Translations under genes and position numbers: made by a program
Assembly (NCBI GenBank): GCA_963700635.1
Contig: CAVOYH010000001.1
Span: 1 to 64,000 of the forward strand
Origin: an uncultured Bacteroidota bacterium
GTDB lineage: Bacteria; Bacteroidota; Ignavibacteria; UBA10030; UBA6906
Direction of reading: 5' to 3'
Length of the DNA: 64,000 nt
In this document: piece after piece, positions 10,150 through 20,318 of the stretch
How positions within the stretch are numbered: position 1 is the stretch's first letter
Layout of the letters: each line of letters starts with the position of its first letter
Notes under the pieces: model-generated
Seen by the model: the letters and a program-made list of their open reading frames with translations, nothing else
Database searches by the model: none
Told to the model about the DNA's origin: nothing

Positions 10150-12645
10150 GTGGAGCACTGGAACAAGGCGGAGCTGACGGACGCACAATTGCGGGAAGAG
10201 TTGTCCCGGTGTGAATCGTGCGAAGAGAAGCCGTGCAAAGAGGCTTGCCCGGCTGACTGTTCCCCTGCTGATTTTATCCAGGCAGGCCGCTCCGGGGGAG
10301 CCCCGGACTACCGGCGTGCCGCTGCGCTTATTATGGGGAGTAATCCTCTCGGGGGGATCTGTGGTGCGATCTGCCCCGATTACCTGTGCATGAAGGCGTG
10401 CGTACACCGCCTTTTTGACCGGCCTGTGAATATCCCCCCCGTGCAATCCACACTGATCCGTAAAGCGTATGAGGCGGGAATGCCTCGTTTCGAGGCAAAA
10501 TCCCCCAACGGGCTCCGGGTTGCCGTTGTCGGCGCGGGCCCGGCCGGACTTGCCGGCGCCGCGGTGCTGGGGCAGCTCGGATACGAAGTGCATATTTTTG
10601 AAAAATCCGAACGAGCAGGAGGGATGTGCAATGTCATCCCCTCATCCCGTCTCGACAAAGAGGCGCTCCAGAGGGATATAGATTTTGTGCTCGGACTGGG
10701 TGATATCCGGCTTTTTACTGAAACCTCCATCCTTTCCCCTTCCCGCCTTCTCGATTCAAAAGAGTACAACGCCGTTCTCCTGACGACCGGATTGGATCTG
10801 CCGATAGCTGCCGGTATTCCCGGCGAGGCATCTGCCATTCCCTGGGAAAGTTTTCTCCAGAATCACGCTCACCTTCAGGTACGCGGGAAGAGAGTTCTTG
10901 TGATCGGCGGTGGTGCGATCGCGGTGGATTGCGCCGTGACCGCGGCGCAGGACGGGGCGCAGTATGTTGAATTGGTGTATCGCCGGAAGATGGAGCATAT
11001 GCCGCTGACAGACTATGAGCGGCACCTTCTTCTTTCTCACGGCATCGAGATTTCCTCCGGTACCCGGGTAACACGTATCGTGCGGAAGGGAAAGACGGTT
11101 ACGGGCGTGTACACCGTCAGACAGTACGTTCGTGGCGGAAAAAAACCATCTCCCAAAAACTTCACTCCCGACCGGAAGGAGAAACCGGTTTACCGCACAT
11201 GTGACATGGTCGTTGTGGCGATCGGGAGCAAGCCCCGGTTCACCGGTGGAAAATCCCGCCGCCTTTTTCTGGCAGGGGACATGGTGCACGGTGCGGCGAC
11301 CGTTGTTGAAGCGGTGGCGTCCGGAAAGAATGCGGCGGCAAACATTGATGCGGCGCTGACCGGGGCCCCGAAACCCAGGCGCGAGAAAGGCATCAAGAGC
11401 CGGCAGATTCTTGCGGGGCGGACCATGATGCCGGTTCCCGTCACCGCACAGTTCTTTGACAGGCCTATCCTCTCCCCCTTCCTGCTCTCCGCGGCGCCCC
11501 ATACTGATGGCTACGAGCAGATGAAAAAGGCCTATGATGCCGGGTGGGCGGGAGGCGTCATGAAGACCGCCTTTGATGATGTGCCCGTGCATATTCCCGG
11601 TGGATACATGGTGGTGTTCGGGGAATCCACGTACGGCAACTTTGACAATGTCTCCGGCCATCCTCTTCGCAGGGTCGCAGATGAAATCAGCCGTCTTGTC
11701 CGGGAATATCCCGATCGTCTTACCATGGCCTCCACCGGGGGACCCGTCACCGGAGACGATACGGCCGACAGAAAAATCTGGCAGGCAAACACCAGACGGC
11801 TTGAAGACGCCGGGGCGATGGGGGTGGAGTACAGCCTTTCCTGTCCGCAGGGAGGCGACGGAACTTCCGGTGATGTGGTATCGCAGAACGCCGAACTCTC
11901 CGCCCGGATCATAGAGTGGGTGATGGAAATCAGCGATCCGCGTGTCCCCAAGCTCTTCAAACTCACAGGCGCGGTAACATCAATCCGTGCGGTTGCGCTG
12001 CGGATTCGTGAAGTGTTCAATAAATATCCGGAGAAATGCGCCGGGATCACTCTTGCCAACAGCTTTCCGACACTTGCACTCCGCCCGTCCGTGTCAGGCC
12101 GAACGGAGAAGGGAATAGTTGTGGGCATGTCAGGCGAGGGCATCTTCCCGATAAGCGCCCTGACACTTGCACGGGTGTCAGATCTGGGCCTTGTTGTCTC
12201 GGGAAATGGCGGGGCGATGGACTACCGGGCGGCAGCCACCTTTCTTGCTCTCGGCGCATCCACGGTGCAGTTCTGTACCGTGGTGATGAAGTACGGACTC
12301 GGGATCGTGGACGAACTTCACTCGGGTTTGAGTTATCTTCTTGCGGAACGGGGTTTGACTTCGGTCTCCCACCTGATCGGGTCTTCTCTGCCGATGCCGA
12401 TTACGCCATTCGAGGATCTCCCGGCCACAAAACAGGTTCCGGAACTTCTCACCGGGTTGTGTGAGCAGTGTGGCAACTGCGCACGGTGCCCGTATCTGGC
12501 AATTTCCATGAGTACACGCGGCCTTCCTGTCATTGACCCGGCGCGCTGTATCGGGTGTTCTCTCTGCGCCCAGAAATGTTTCGCAGGTGCATTGGTGATG
12601 CGTGACCGCACTCCGGCGGAAGTAAAGATCATGCTGGAGCATTGA
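10150..12645 (+). CDS. Single-chain dihydropyrimidine-dehydrogenase-like flavo-Fe-S protein (PreT/GltD-like + PreA/DHOD-like + 2x4Fe-4S)
   Basis: N-terminal Cys clusters CESC..PC..ACP and CGAICP..C..AC; FAD motif GAGPAG; NAD(P) motif GGGAIAVD; FMN-barrel motifs MKTAF, SLSCP, KLT, LANS, SGNGG; C-terminal CEQCGNC..CP and CIGCSLC..KC. Confidence 0.85.
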   Translation: MEHWNKAELTDAQLREELSRCESCEEKPCKEACPADCSPADFIQAGRSGGAPDYRRAAALIMGSNPLGGICGAICPDYLCMKACVHRLFDRPVNIPPVQSTLIRKAYEAGMPRFEAKSPNGLRVAVVGAGPAGLAGAAVLGQLGYEVHIFEKSERAGGMCNVIPSSRLDKEALQRDIDFVLGLGDIRLFTETSILSPSRLLDSKEYNAVLLTTGLDLPIAAGIPGEASAIPWESFLQNHAHLQVRGKRVLVIGGGAIAVDCAVTAAQDGAQYVELVYRRKMEHMPLTDYERHLLLSHGIEISSGTRVTRIVRKGKTVTGVYTVRQYVRGGKKPSPKNFTPDRKEKPVYRTCDMVVVAIGSKPRFTGGKSRRLFLAGDMVHGAATVVEAVASGKNAAANIDAALTGAPKPRREKGIKSRQILAGRTMMPVPVTAQFFDRPILSPFLLSAAPHTDGYEQMKKAYDAGWAGGVMKTAFDDVPVHIPGGYMVVFGESTYGNFDNVSGHPLRRVADEISRLVREYPDRLTMASTGGPVTGDDTADRKIWQANTRRLEDAGAMGVEYSLSCPQGGDGTSGDVVSQNAELSARIIEWVMEISDPRVPKLFKLTGAVTSIRAVALRIREVFNKYPEKCAGITLANSFPTLALRPSVSGRTEKGIVVGMSGEGIFPISALTLARVSDLGLVVSGNGGAMDYRAAATFLALGASTVQFCTVVMKYGLGIVDELHSGLSYLLAERGLTSVSHLIGSSLPMPITPFEDLPATKQVPELLTGLCEQCGNCARCPYLAISMSTRGLPVIDPARCIGCSLCAQKCFAGALVMRDRTPAEVKIMLEH

Positions 12646-13994
12646 TCATGGCTTCCCCGCTCCTGCTCATAAACGGCATCATCGTCATCCCTTCGCCTCT
12701 GGCACCGCGTGTGTTGTACGACCATTCAATTCTCTGTGAGCGCGGCATCATTACGCGTATCGCGCCCAGGCACGAATTGGACACGGTTGCCGCCGAACGG
12801 ATAGACCTTTCCTCACGGATAATTCTTCCGGGCTTTATCAATCTGCACACGCACCTGTACAGCACATTTGCACGCGGGCTGTCAATGGCCGCTCCCCCGA
12901 AAACATTTTTGCAGGTGCTGGAACAGCTGTGGTGGCGTCTGGACCGCTCGCTGACGGTCGAGGCGTGTTATTACAGCGCCCTGCCCGTGCTCCTGGAAGC
13001 CATCCGCTCCGGTACCACGACGATTGTGGATCACCACGCAAGTCCGCGCGCGATCCATACATCCCTGCCCACGATCGCCAGAGCGGTTACGGAAACAGGT
13101 CTGCGGGCCTGTTTGTGTTATGAGGTTTCTGACCGGGACGGCCCGGAGGCGGCCCGGAACGGAATAGCCGAGAATGTCTCCTTCCTTTCGACGTGTGCCG
13201 GCGAGCCCGATTCGCTGTTGCGGGGGATGTTCGGACTTCATGCGTCGTTCACCCTTTCGGATCGTACTCTCCGGGATGCGGTGGAAGCAGGACGTGGGGC
13301 AAACGCGGGATTCCATATCCATGTTGCCGAATCGGCAATCGACCAGGAGCAAACACGCGAACGGCACGGCATGTCCGTCGTGGAACGCCTGTACCGTTTT
13401 GGAGTGCTGGGAGAACGAACAATTGCCGCGCACGGGGTTCACCTCGATGATGCCGAAATGGACAGCCTTGCCTCCACCGGGACGGTCGTGGCACACAACC
13501 CCCAATCCAACATGAATAATGCCGTGGGGATTGCGGATCTTCAGCGGTTACAGAAACACAACGTGCAGGTGGGGCTGGGCACCGACGCCATGACGAACGA
13601 TATGCGCCAGGAGCTGAGGGCAGGAATCTGGGCACAACGTCTCGCGCAGCAGGCTCCCTCCGCCGGTTTTGCGGAGCTCACCCGTGCGCTGTGGAGCGGC
13701 AATCCGCAGGCCGCGAGCCGCCTCTGGGGATTCCCGGTCGGGGAACTCAGCGAGGGTTCTGCAGCAGATCTTATCGCCCTGGACTACCTGCCCGCCACCC
13801 CGTTGAGCGATGCCTCGTTATCCGGACATCTGGTGTTCGGCATCGGTTCGGCGCGGGTGGATACCACCATTGTAGGGGGCCGGGTGCTGATGCACGGGGG
13901 GCGCCTCCTGCTGGATCTGGATGAAGAGGAGATTGCCGTAAAGGCGCGCGACATCGCCTCCGCGGTCTGGAAACAATTCTCCTCCATGCCGTAG
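12642..13994 (+). CDS. ssnA: SsnA-like metal-dependent amidohydrolase
   Basis: HTHLYS, LWWRLD, DHHASP, GLHASFT, HIHVAES, HNPQSNMNNAVG and GTDA motifs; ygeY/ygeW context. Confidence 0.85.
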   Translation: MIMASPLLLINGIIVIPSPLAPRVLYDHSILCERGIITRIAPRHELDTVAAERIDLSSRIILPGFINLHTHLYSTFARGLSMAAPPKTFLQVLEQLWWRLDRSLTVEACYYSALPVLLEAIRSGTTTIVDHHASPRAIHTSLPTIARAVTETGLRACLCYEVSDRDGPEAARNGIAENVSFLSTCAGEPDSLLRGMFGLHASFTLSDRTLRDAVEAGRGANAGFHIHVAESAIDQEQTRERHGMSVVERLYRFGVLGERTIAAHGVHLDDAEMDSLASTGTVVAHNPQSNMNNAVGIADLQRLQKHNVQVGLGTDAMTNDMRQELRAGIWAQRLAQQAPSAGFAELTRALWSGNPQAASRLWGFPVGELSEGSAADLIALDYLPATPLSDASLSGHLVFGIGSARVDTTIVGGRVLMHGGRLLLDLDEEEIAVKARDIASAVWKQFSSMP

Positions 13995-14039
13995 AAACAG
14001 AACTGTCTCACAACTTTACTGTCAGGACTCTGAACGCTT

Positions 14040-15230
14040 ATGTCTCTTCTCTCCCGTGCCCGTGAGTTTGAACAGGATACCGTTCGTATCCTCTGTGACC
14101 TCATCCGTACTCCCTCATTCTCGTCCAAGGAAAAGGACGTCATCGGGGTCATCCACAAAGAAATGTCAACCATCGGCTTTGACGAAATCCGGATCGATGG
14201 TCTCGGCAGCATCATCGGTCGCGTCGGCACCGGCCCGCGGGTCATTGCTTTTGACGCGCACATTGACACCGTCTACGCGGGCGACCTGGCACAGTGGTCG
14301 TTTGATCCGTTTTCGCCAAAGGTCGAACAGGGAATGGTCTGGGGACGCGGCAGCGTGGACCAGAAGGGGGGCATGGCGAGTATGCTGACGGCGGCGCGTC
14401 TGATCAAGGAGCTGCATCTGGAAAATGAGATTTCGGTGCTTTTCACCGGGACGGTGATGGAGGAGGACTGCGACGGGCTCTGCTGGCTGCATCTGATACA
14501 GGAGGATGGCGTGCGGCCCGAGCTTGTGGTTATCACCGAACCGACAAACATGAACATCTACCGCGGCCATCGCGGCAGGATGGAGATCCACGTCGCGGTA
14601 AAAGGTCTGAGCTGCCACGGATCGGCTCCGGAGCGGGGTGTTAATGCCATCTACAAGGCCTCGCGCATCGCTCTGGAGATCGAAAAACTTAACGGGCAGC
14701 TGCGCAGTGATCCTTTTCTCGGGAAGGGTACCGTAACGGTGACCGAGGTCGTGTCGTCGTCGCCGTCACTCTGCGCCGTGGCTGATGGGGCACGGTTGCA
14801 TCTTGACAGGAGATTGACTGCCGGAGAGACGCGGGAAAGCGCCATCGCCGAGGTGCAGGAGGCCGCCGCACGTGCAGGCGTGCCTGACGCGGAAGTTACT
14901 CCGTTGACCTACCGCGAAACGGCCTATACGGGAAAGGTTTATCCCATGGAGAAATACTATCCGACATGGACCCTGGCCGAAGATTCTCCCCATCTCCTTC
15001 AGGCGATCTCAACATACAACACGGTGTTCGGAAAGAAGCCGCACGTGGACAAATGGACTTTCAGTACGAACGGCATTGCAGTGGCGGGAATCCACGGAAT
15101 ACCCTGTCTCGGCCTTGGCCCGGGGAATGAAGTGTATGCCCATGCGCCCAACGAAGCGACGCCCGTTGAACATCTGACGGGCGCGGCTGCCTTCTATGCA
15201 GCCTTCGTCGAGACCCTCGTCCGGGCCTGA
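14040..15230 (+). CDS. ygeY: YgeY-type M20 family hydrolase
   Basis: DAHIDTV, GRGSVDQKGG, MEEDCDGLCW, ITEPT, KWTFSTNG and AHAPNE motifs. Confidence 0.9.
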   Translation: MSLLSRAREFEQDTVRILCDLIRTPSFSSKEKDVIGVIHKEMSTIGFDEIRIDGLGSIIGRVGTGPRVIAFDAHIDTVYAGDLAQWSFDPFSPKVEQGMVWGRGSVDQKGGMASMLTAARLIKELHLENEISVLFTGTVMEEDCDGLCWLHLIQEDGVRPELVVITEPTNMNIYRGHRGRMEIHVAVKGLSCHGSAPERGVNAIYKASRIALEIEKLNGQLRSDPFLGKGTVTVTEVVSSSPSLCAVADGARLHLDRRLTAGETRESAIAEVQEAAARAGVPDAEVTPLTYRETAYTGKVYPMEKYYPTWTLAEDSPHLLQAISTYNTVFGKKPHVDKWTFSTNGIAVAGIHGIPCLGLGPGNEVYAHAPNEATPVEHLTGAAAFYAAFVETLVRA

Positions 15231-15420
15231 TGATCAGGGAGCAATCATTACAGCAGACCACGATACGCCCGGACTCAACTGCCTGGATAGATTCATCACA
15301 GACGGCCTGGATGCGCCGGAACTCGACCGCCCGGAGGCGTAGATCACAGGCGCCCATGATACGCACGTATGAATCAACATGGATACGCTTCTTTCAGCGC
15401 CCATAATACGCTTGTAGCCC

Positions 15421-16647
15421 ATGACGATGATCCCTTTTTGTTATCGCTGCACACTCTGTGAACAGACGTTCGACCGTAGGGACGTGCGGTATCTCTGTCC
15501 GGTATGCGGAACTTCGTACCGGCCCGGAATTCCACTCCAGGGAGTGCTTGAGGTCGATTTTGACTGGGACGAGTTGCGTTCCCGGTGGGATGCAAAAGGC
15601 CCGGATTGGGATCTCTTTTTGCCGGTGGAAAAGGAGTATTGTCCGGATTTCGCTGTCGGAAACACTCCCTGCGTGCCTGCCCCCAGATTGGCGCAGGAGC
15701 TGGATCTCCGTACGCTCTTCCTCAAGAATGACGGTCTGAATCCGAGCGGATCACTAAAAGACCGTGCATCATTTCTGATTGTTGCCGAGGCGACACGACT
15801 GGGAGAGGATCGGATTGTTGCCGCCTCAACCGGCAATGCCGCAAGCGCACTGGCGGCTGTGTGTGCCGCCGCCGGCAAACATGCCATCATTTTTGTTCCG
15901 TCCACAGCGCCTCGCGCAAAACTGGCGCAGATCGTGTTGTACGGCGCAACGCTGATTCCGGTCGGGGGCTCGTATGACGAAGCGTTCCGGCTTTCGCTGG
16001 AGTTTACGGCGGAGGAAGGCGGGCTCAACCGGAATACCGGGTACCATCCGCTGACCATAGAGGGAAAAAAAAGCGCAGGACTTGAGATTTTTGCGCAGAT
16101 GAGAATGGTCGTACCGGACGTCATCGTGGTCCCGACGGGCGATGGTGTTATTCTCCATGGGATCTACAAGGCATTTGCCGATTTGCGGGCAGCCCGGCTC
16201 ACCGCAACACTGCCACGGCTTCTATGTGTACAGGCCGAGCACTCCGATGCAATCCACAGGTTGTTCCGGACGGGTACATATGCGGATGCCCCTGCGCCTG
16301 ACACATGCGCGGACTCCATCGCGGTGCGGGTACCCAGCAATGCGTTGATGGCGCAGCGCATACTGCGCGAGTCGAACGGGACGTCGGTAACGGTATCTGA
16401 CGAAGAAATCAGGAGCGCCCAACGGCAGCTGGCGCGCACAACCGGCGTATTCGCTGAACCCGCTGCGGCCGCTACGATAGCCGGCCTGGCCCGTGCGCGA
16501 AAAGCCGGCTTCATTGACCCCGGCGAGGTTGTGGTTGCGCTCATTACCGGGCATGGACTAAAAGACATTGACACAGCGCTTGAGGGAGTGGTTCTTCCAC
16601 CGCCCGTGCCGCCGGATCTGAACGCGGTGCGGGCATTCCTGGCGTAA
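15421..16647 (+). CDS. Threonine-synthase-like fold-type II PLP enzyme with N-terminal Zn ribbon
   Basis: CTLC..CPVC; GNTP; NPSGSLKDR (PLP lysine); ASTGNA; VPTGDG; EPAAA; ITGHGLKD. Confidence 0.8.
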   Translation: MTMIPFCYRCTLCEQTFDRRDVRYLCPVCGTSYRPGIPLQGVLEVDFDWDELRSRWDAKGPDWDLFLPVEKEYCPDFAVGNTPCVPAPRLAQELDLRTLFLKNDGLNPSGSLKDRASFLIVAEATRLGEDRIVAASTGNAASALAAVCAAAGKHAIIFVPSTAPRAKLAQIVLYGATLIPVGGSYDEAFRLSLEFTAEEGGLNRNTGYHPLTIEGKKSAGLEIFAQMRMVVPDVIVVPTGDGVILHGIYKAFADLRAARLTATLPRLLCVQAEHSDAIHRLFRTGTYADAPAPDTCADSIAVRVPSNALMAQRILRESNGTSVTVSDEEIRSAQRQLARTTGVFAEPAAAATIAGLARARKAGFIDPGEVVVALITGHGLKDIDTALEGVVLPPPVPPDLNAVRAFLA

Positions 16648-16705
16648 CAACGACATAACGATCCATCACAACAAATGTGACATTTCTCCCGGTGCACCGA
16701 GAAGT

Positions 16706-18059
16706 ATGAAACTTCTTATCCGCAATGGCCATGTCTGGCAGGATGGACGCCTCGAAGATGCAGATATCCTCGTGGAGGAAGGGCGTATTGCGGCCGTGGG
16801 ACAAATTGACGATATGGGACAGGGTGTGCCGGTCCACGACGCGAAAGGACGCGCCGTGCTGCCGGGTTTTATTGATGTGCACACGCACATTGATGATCGT
16901 ATCGGCGCATTCGCCCTGGCGGACGATTTCTCAAGCGGCACCCGGTGTGCCGTTGAGAACGGAATCACCACGCTGGGAACATTTGTGACAGAATCCGGAG
17001 CCATGCCGCTTCGCGAGGCTTTTGTCGCCACGACCGCCCGCGCGCGGGGAAGAGTGTATTGTGATCTGGTATGCCACATAACCCCGACCCGGTTCGATCA
17101 TGACGGATGGCGCGCGATCGATGAAATCCTTGCCCGCGGGGTCCGCACGGTAAAACTCTACACAACATACCGTCACGCGGGCATCTATTCGAGTTATGAT
17201 CAGATAGAGCGTGTGTTCGCAACGATCGGTTCACGCCCGGTGCGGTTCTTTGTTCATTGTGAAGATGACGTATTGCTGACAGGCGCAGCCGCCGGAATCT
17301 CCCGGTGGGATGAACCCATAGCGCATGCCCATGCCCGTCCGGTGGCCGCGGAAGTGGCTGCAATCCGGGCTGTCCTTGAACGTGCCATCCTGCAGAACGC
17401 CCGGTGTGCACATTGTGCATGTCTCGAGTCCCGAAGGAGCCGATCGTATCGCGGGGTCGCGGGATGAACTGGACGTGACGTGTGAAACCGCGCCGCAGTA
17501 TCTGACCCTGGACACGGGATGGCTGGAGCGTGAAAACGGCCATCGCTGGATATGTTCGCCTCCCCTCAGGTCTGCCGCAGTCCGGACGGAGCTGGTTCAA
17601 CGGGCACTCGAGGGAGTGTTCGACATCTTTGCAACCGATCATTGTGCGTTCGCAAAGACGGACAAGGATTCGGGGCGCGGGGATTGCCGTCAGGTTCCCA
17701 ACGGGCTTGCGGGTATCGGCGCGCTTCCGCATCTTATTCACGGGCTGTTTGTGAAAAAGGGGAGAGATGGATTTGCTGCGCTTGCGACGCACCTTTCAGA
17801 GAATCCGGCCCGGGTGCTTGGACTCTATCCTCAAAAAGGATCCATAACCGTCGGCGCTGATGCCGACCTGGTCTTCCTCTCATCCGACGGCCCGCTGCGT
17901 CCGATCCGTTCGTCGTTGGCCGGGACGTATGAACCGTACGAGGGGTTTGAATCATCACTGTTAATTCATCAGGTGCTTTTGCAGGGGGTGCCGGTGGTAG
18001 AGGATGGACGTTTGCTTGAGACCGGGCGCCCGCGAGGGAGATGCTTATGGGAGAACTGA
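16706..18059 (+). CDS. hyuA: Dihydropyrimidinase/hydantoinase (HyuA-like) with a frameshift near 17403
   Basis: First frame has DVHTH, VKLYTTY (carboxylated Lys) and VHCED. Second frame has VHVSS, ETAPQYL, CSPPLR, ATDHC, KGSI..GADAD. Removing one G from GCCCGGTGTG gives ARVHIVH. Confidence 0.8.
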
Positions 18060-20305
18060 ACAGACCGGCCTGGCGTAACGATGCGTATGCGAAGGTGACC
18101 GGACGGACGAAGTATGCCGATGATCTGAAGTTTGTGAATCTTCTCCATTCGGTTCCGGTGTACAGTGATCATGTTCATGCTTCGATCCGCTCGATTGACA
18201 CGCATGCTGCAGAACAGTCCGCAGGGGTCGTGAAGGTGATTACCGCACGCGACGTGCCGGGGACAAACCGCCACGGCCAGATCGTTCAGGATTTCCGTGT
18301 ATTTGCAGACGACAAAATCCGCTTCCACGGTGATGTTGTGGCGATGGTCGTGGCAGAAACGCGGGGGCAGGCGCTTCACGCAGCGGAGCTGGTGCGTGTG
18401 CAGGCTGTGCCGCTCCCCCCGATTCTTGATCCCGAAGAGGCGATGAAAGACGGGTCGCTTCTCGTCCATGAAGAATTCGGGACAAACATCATCAACACAC
18501 ACCGTGTCCGGCGTGGTAATGCGGATGAAGGAATCCGGGCTTCTGCCCTCGTTCTGGAACATCAATTCGCTACGCAATGGATTGAGCACGCCTACATGGA
18601 ACCGGAGGTGGCGGTTTGCCAGGTACGGCCCGATGGTGTGATGGAGGTCTATGGCAGCATGCAGCATCCCTTCAGCACCCGCAGGTTTGTGGCCGGAGTG
18701 CTCGGTGTTCCGCTCTCCGGGGTGGAAGTGATCGGCACACCCATGGGGGGCGGGTTCGGGGGGAAGGACGATACCGCCGCGATAGTATGTGCGCGTGCAG
18801 CGCTCGCTGCCCGCCTGACGGGACGGCCCGTGAAGCTGATGTACCGGCGGGACTGGTCCATAAGGGAAAGTTACAAACGCCACCCGTACCGTGTGAAATA
18901 CATGATGGGGCTGACACGCGAGGGAGTGATCAATGCGGTCCGGTGCACCATTATCGCCGATGGCGGCGCGTATTGTTCCGTCACGCCCTGGGTGACGTGG
19001 CGCTCGACAGTGCAGTGCTGCGGGCCCTATGAAGTCACGAATGTGCATTGTGACACGTTCGGCGTCTACACCAATAACCCTGTCACGGGAGCCATGCGCG
19101 GGTTTGGTTCGCCGCAAATGAACTATGTGGTGGAATCCATGATAGAGATTGCCGCCGGCCGGTTGGGAATGTCGGCCGTGGAGCTGCGGCGCATCAATAT
19201 GGTGAAACAGGGGAGCGTGACGATCACCGGGCAGAAGCTGGATGACCACACGGTCGCGATGGAGCAGGTGCTGGATGCCGTGTTGAGGGAATCGGACTAC
19301 GAAAAGAAGCTGCCGGCATCTGCCCGGGGGAAGGGTGATGCAGATGAACAGTACGGCATCGGACTGGCGATGAGTTACCGGGGAGTGAGTCTGGGTGCCG
19401 AAGGAGTGGATTTCTGCGCCGCGATGATCAATGTCCAGGCCGACGGCTCCATCCTTATTGAAACGGGAATTCACGAAAACGGCCAGGGTGCAGAAAGTGC
19501 CATGATACTCATCGCAGCCCGCGAGCTGGGTGTTCCCGCCGACCGTATCCGCTACAGGAGATCATCCACATCCGTCATACCGGACAGCGGAACAACCGTG
19601 GCATCACGCGGGACCATCATGGGCGGCGGCGCCATCACCCTCGCCGCGCGCGAATTAAAAGAGAAGATGGTTGAAACTGCTGCGCCCATGCTGCACTGTG
19701 AACCCGGTGAGCTGGATTTCCGGGATGAACAGATAGTCCGACGGCAGGGCGGCGGATCGGTGCCCTTTGATGCGGTCGTGAAGGAGATGTTCAGCCAGAA
19801 ACGTTTTCCACACAGCTTCGGTGTATTCCGGGCCCCTACAACGACCTGGGACGAGGAACACGGGCAGGGGAAGGCGTATTTTACATGGGTCTATGGATGC
19901 CAGGCCGTGGAGCTCACGGTCCATCGCCGCACGGGCAAGGTCAAACTCCTGAATGCAGTCGCCGCGCATGACATCGGGAAGGCGATCAACATGGCCATGC
20001 TGGAAGGACAGTTCTATGGCGGAATGGCAATGGGGATCGGCTATGCGCTGCATGAAGATCTCGAAGTGGCAGACGGCAGGATTCTCAATATGAATCTGAA
20101 TGCTTACCGGATCCCCCGGGCGATGGATATGCCCGAAATGAAGGCCATCGTCATCGAAAATCCAGACCCGCAGTCGCCGACCGGAGCGAAGAGTATCGGG
20201 GAACCCACAAACGAATTGATGGCACCGGCGATCGCCAACGCCATCTTCCATGCCACCGGAAAACGGCATTTCCGGCTGCCCATCCGCTGTATCGGGGAAG
20301 AGTAG
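18047..20305 (+). CDS. Xanthine dehydrogenase family molybdopterin-binding subunit
   Basis: KVTGRTKYADD, EHAYMEPE, GGGFGGK, AMRGFGSPQ, GQG, VASRGT and GAKSIGEP motifs. Confidence 0.92.
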   Translation: MGELNRPAWRNDAYAKVTGRTKYADDLKFVNLLHSVPVYSDHVHASIRSIDTHAAEQSAGVVKVITARDVPGTNRHGQIVQDFRVFADDKIRFHGDVVAMVVAETRGQALHAAELVRVQAVPLPPILDPEEAMKDGSLLVHEEFGTNIINTHRVRRGNADEGIRASALVLEHQFATQWIEHAYMEPEVAVCQVRPDGVMEVYGSMQHPFSTRRFVAGVLGVPLSGVEVIGTPMGGGFGGKDDTAAIVCARAALAARLTGRPVKLMYRRDWSIRESYKRHPYRVKYMMGLTREGVINAVRCTIIADGGAYCSVTPWVTWRSTVQCCGPYEVTNVHCDTFGVYTNNPVTGAMRGFGSPQMNYVVESMIEIAAGRLGMSAVELRRINMVKQGSVTITGQKLDDHTVAMEQVLDAVLRESDYEKKLPASARGKGDADEQYGIGLAMSYRGVSLGAEGVDFCAAMINVQADGSILIETGIHENGQGAESAMILIAARELGVPADRIRYRRSSTSVIPDSGTTVASRGTIMGGGAITLAARELKEKMVETAAPMLHCEPGELDFRDEQIVRRQGGGSVPFDAVVKEMFSQKRFPHSFGVFRAPTTTWDEEHGQGKAYFTWVYGCQAVELTVHRRTGKVKLLNAVAAHDIGKAINMAMLEGQFYGGMAMGIGYALHEDLEVADGRILNMNLNAYRIPRAMDMPEMKAIVIENPDPQSPTGAKSIGEPTNELMAPAIANAIFHATGKRHFRLPIRCIGEE

Positions 20306-20318
20306 AGGAGAAGAGGCT

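Noticed and set aside
15230-15406. 58-codon ORF between ygeY and the ThrC-like gene (MIREQSLQ...)
   Set aside because: No recognisable motif; it cannot be supported as a gene without conservation data.
16673-16685. Palindrome AAATGT-G-ACATTT before the hydantoinase gene
   Set aside because: Short and single-copy, with no matching site at the operon promoter.
17969-19474. 501-aa antisense ORF over the Mo subunit, and similar shadow ORFs elsewhere
   Set aside because: Typical of GC-rich coding DNA; no motifs, and fully overlapped by a well-supported gene.
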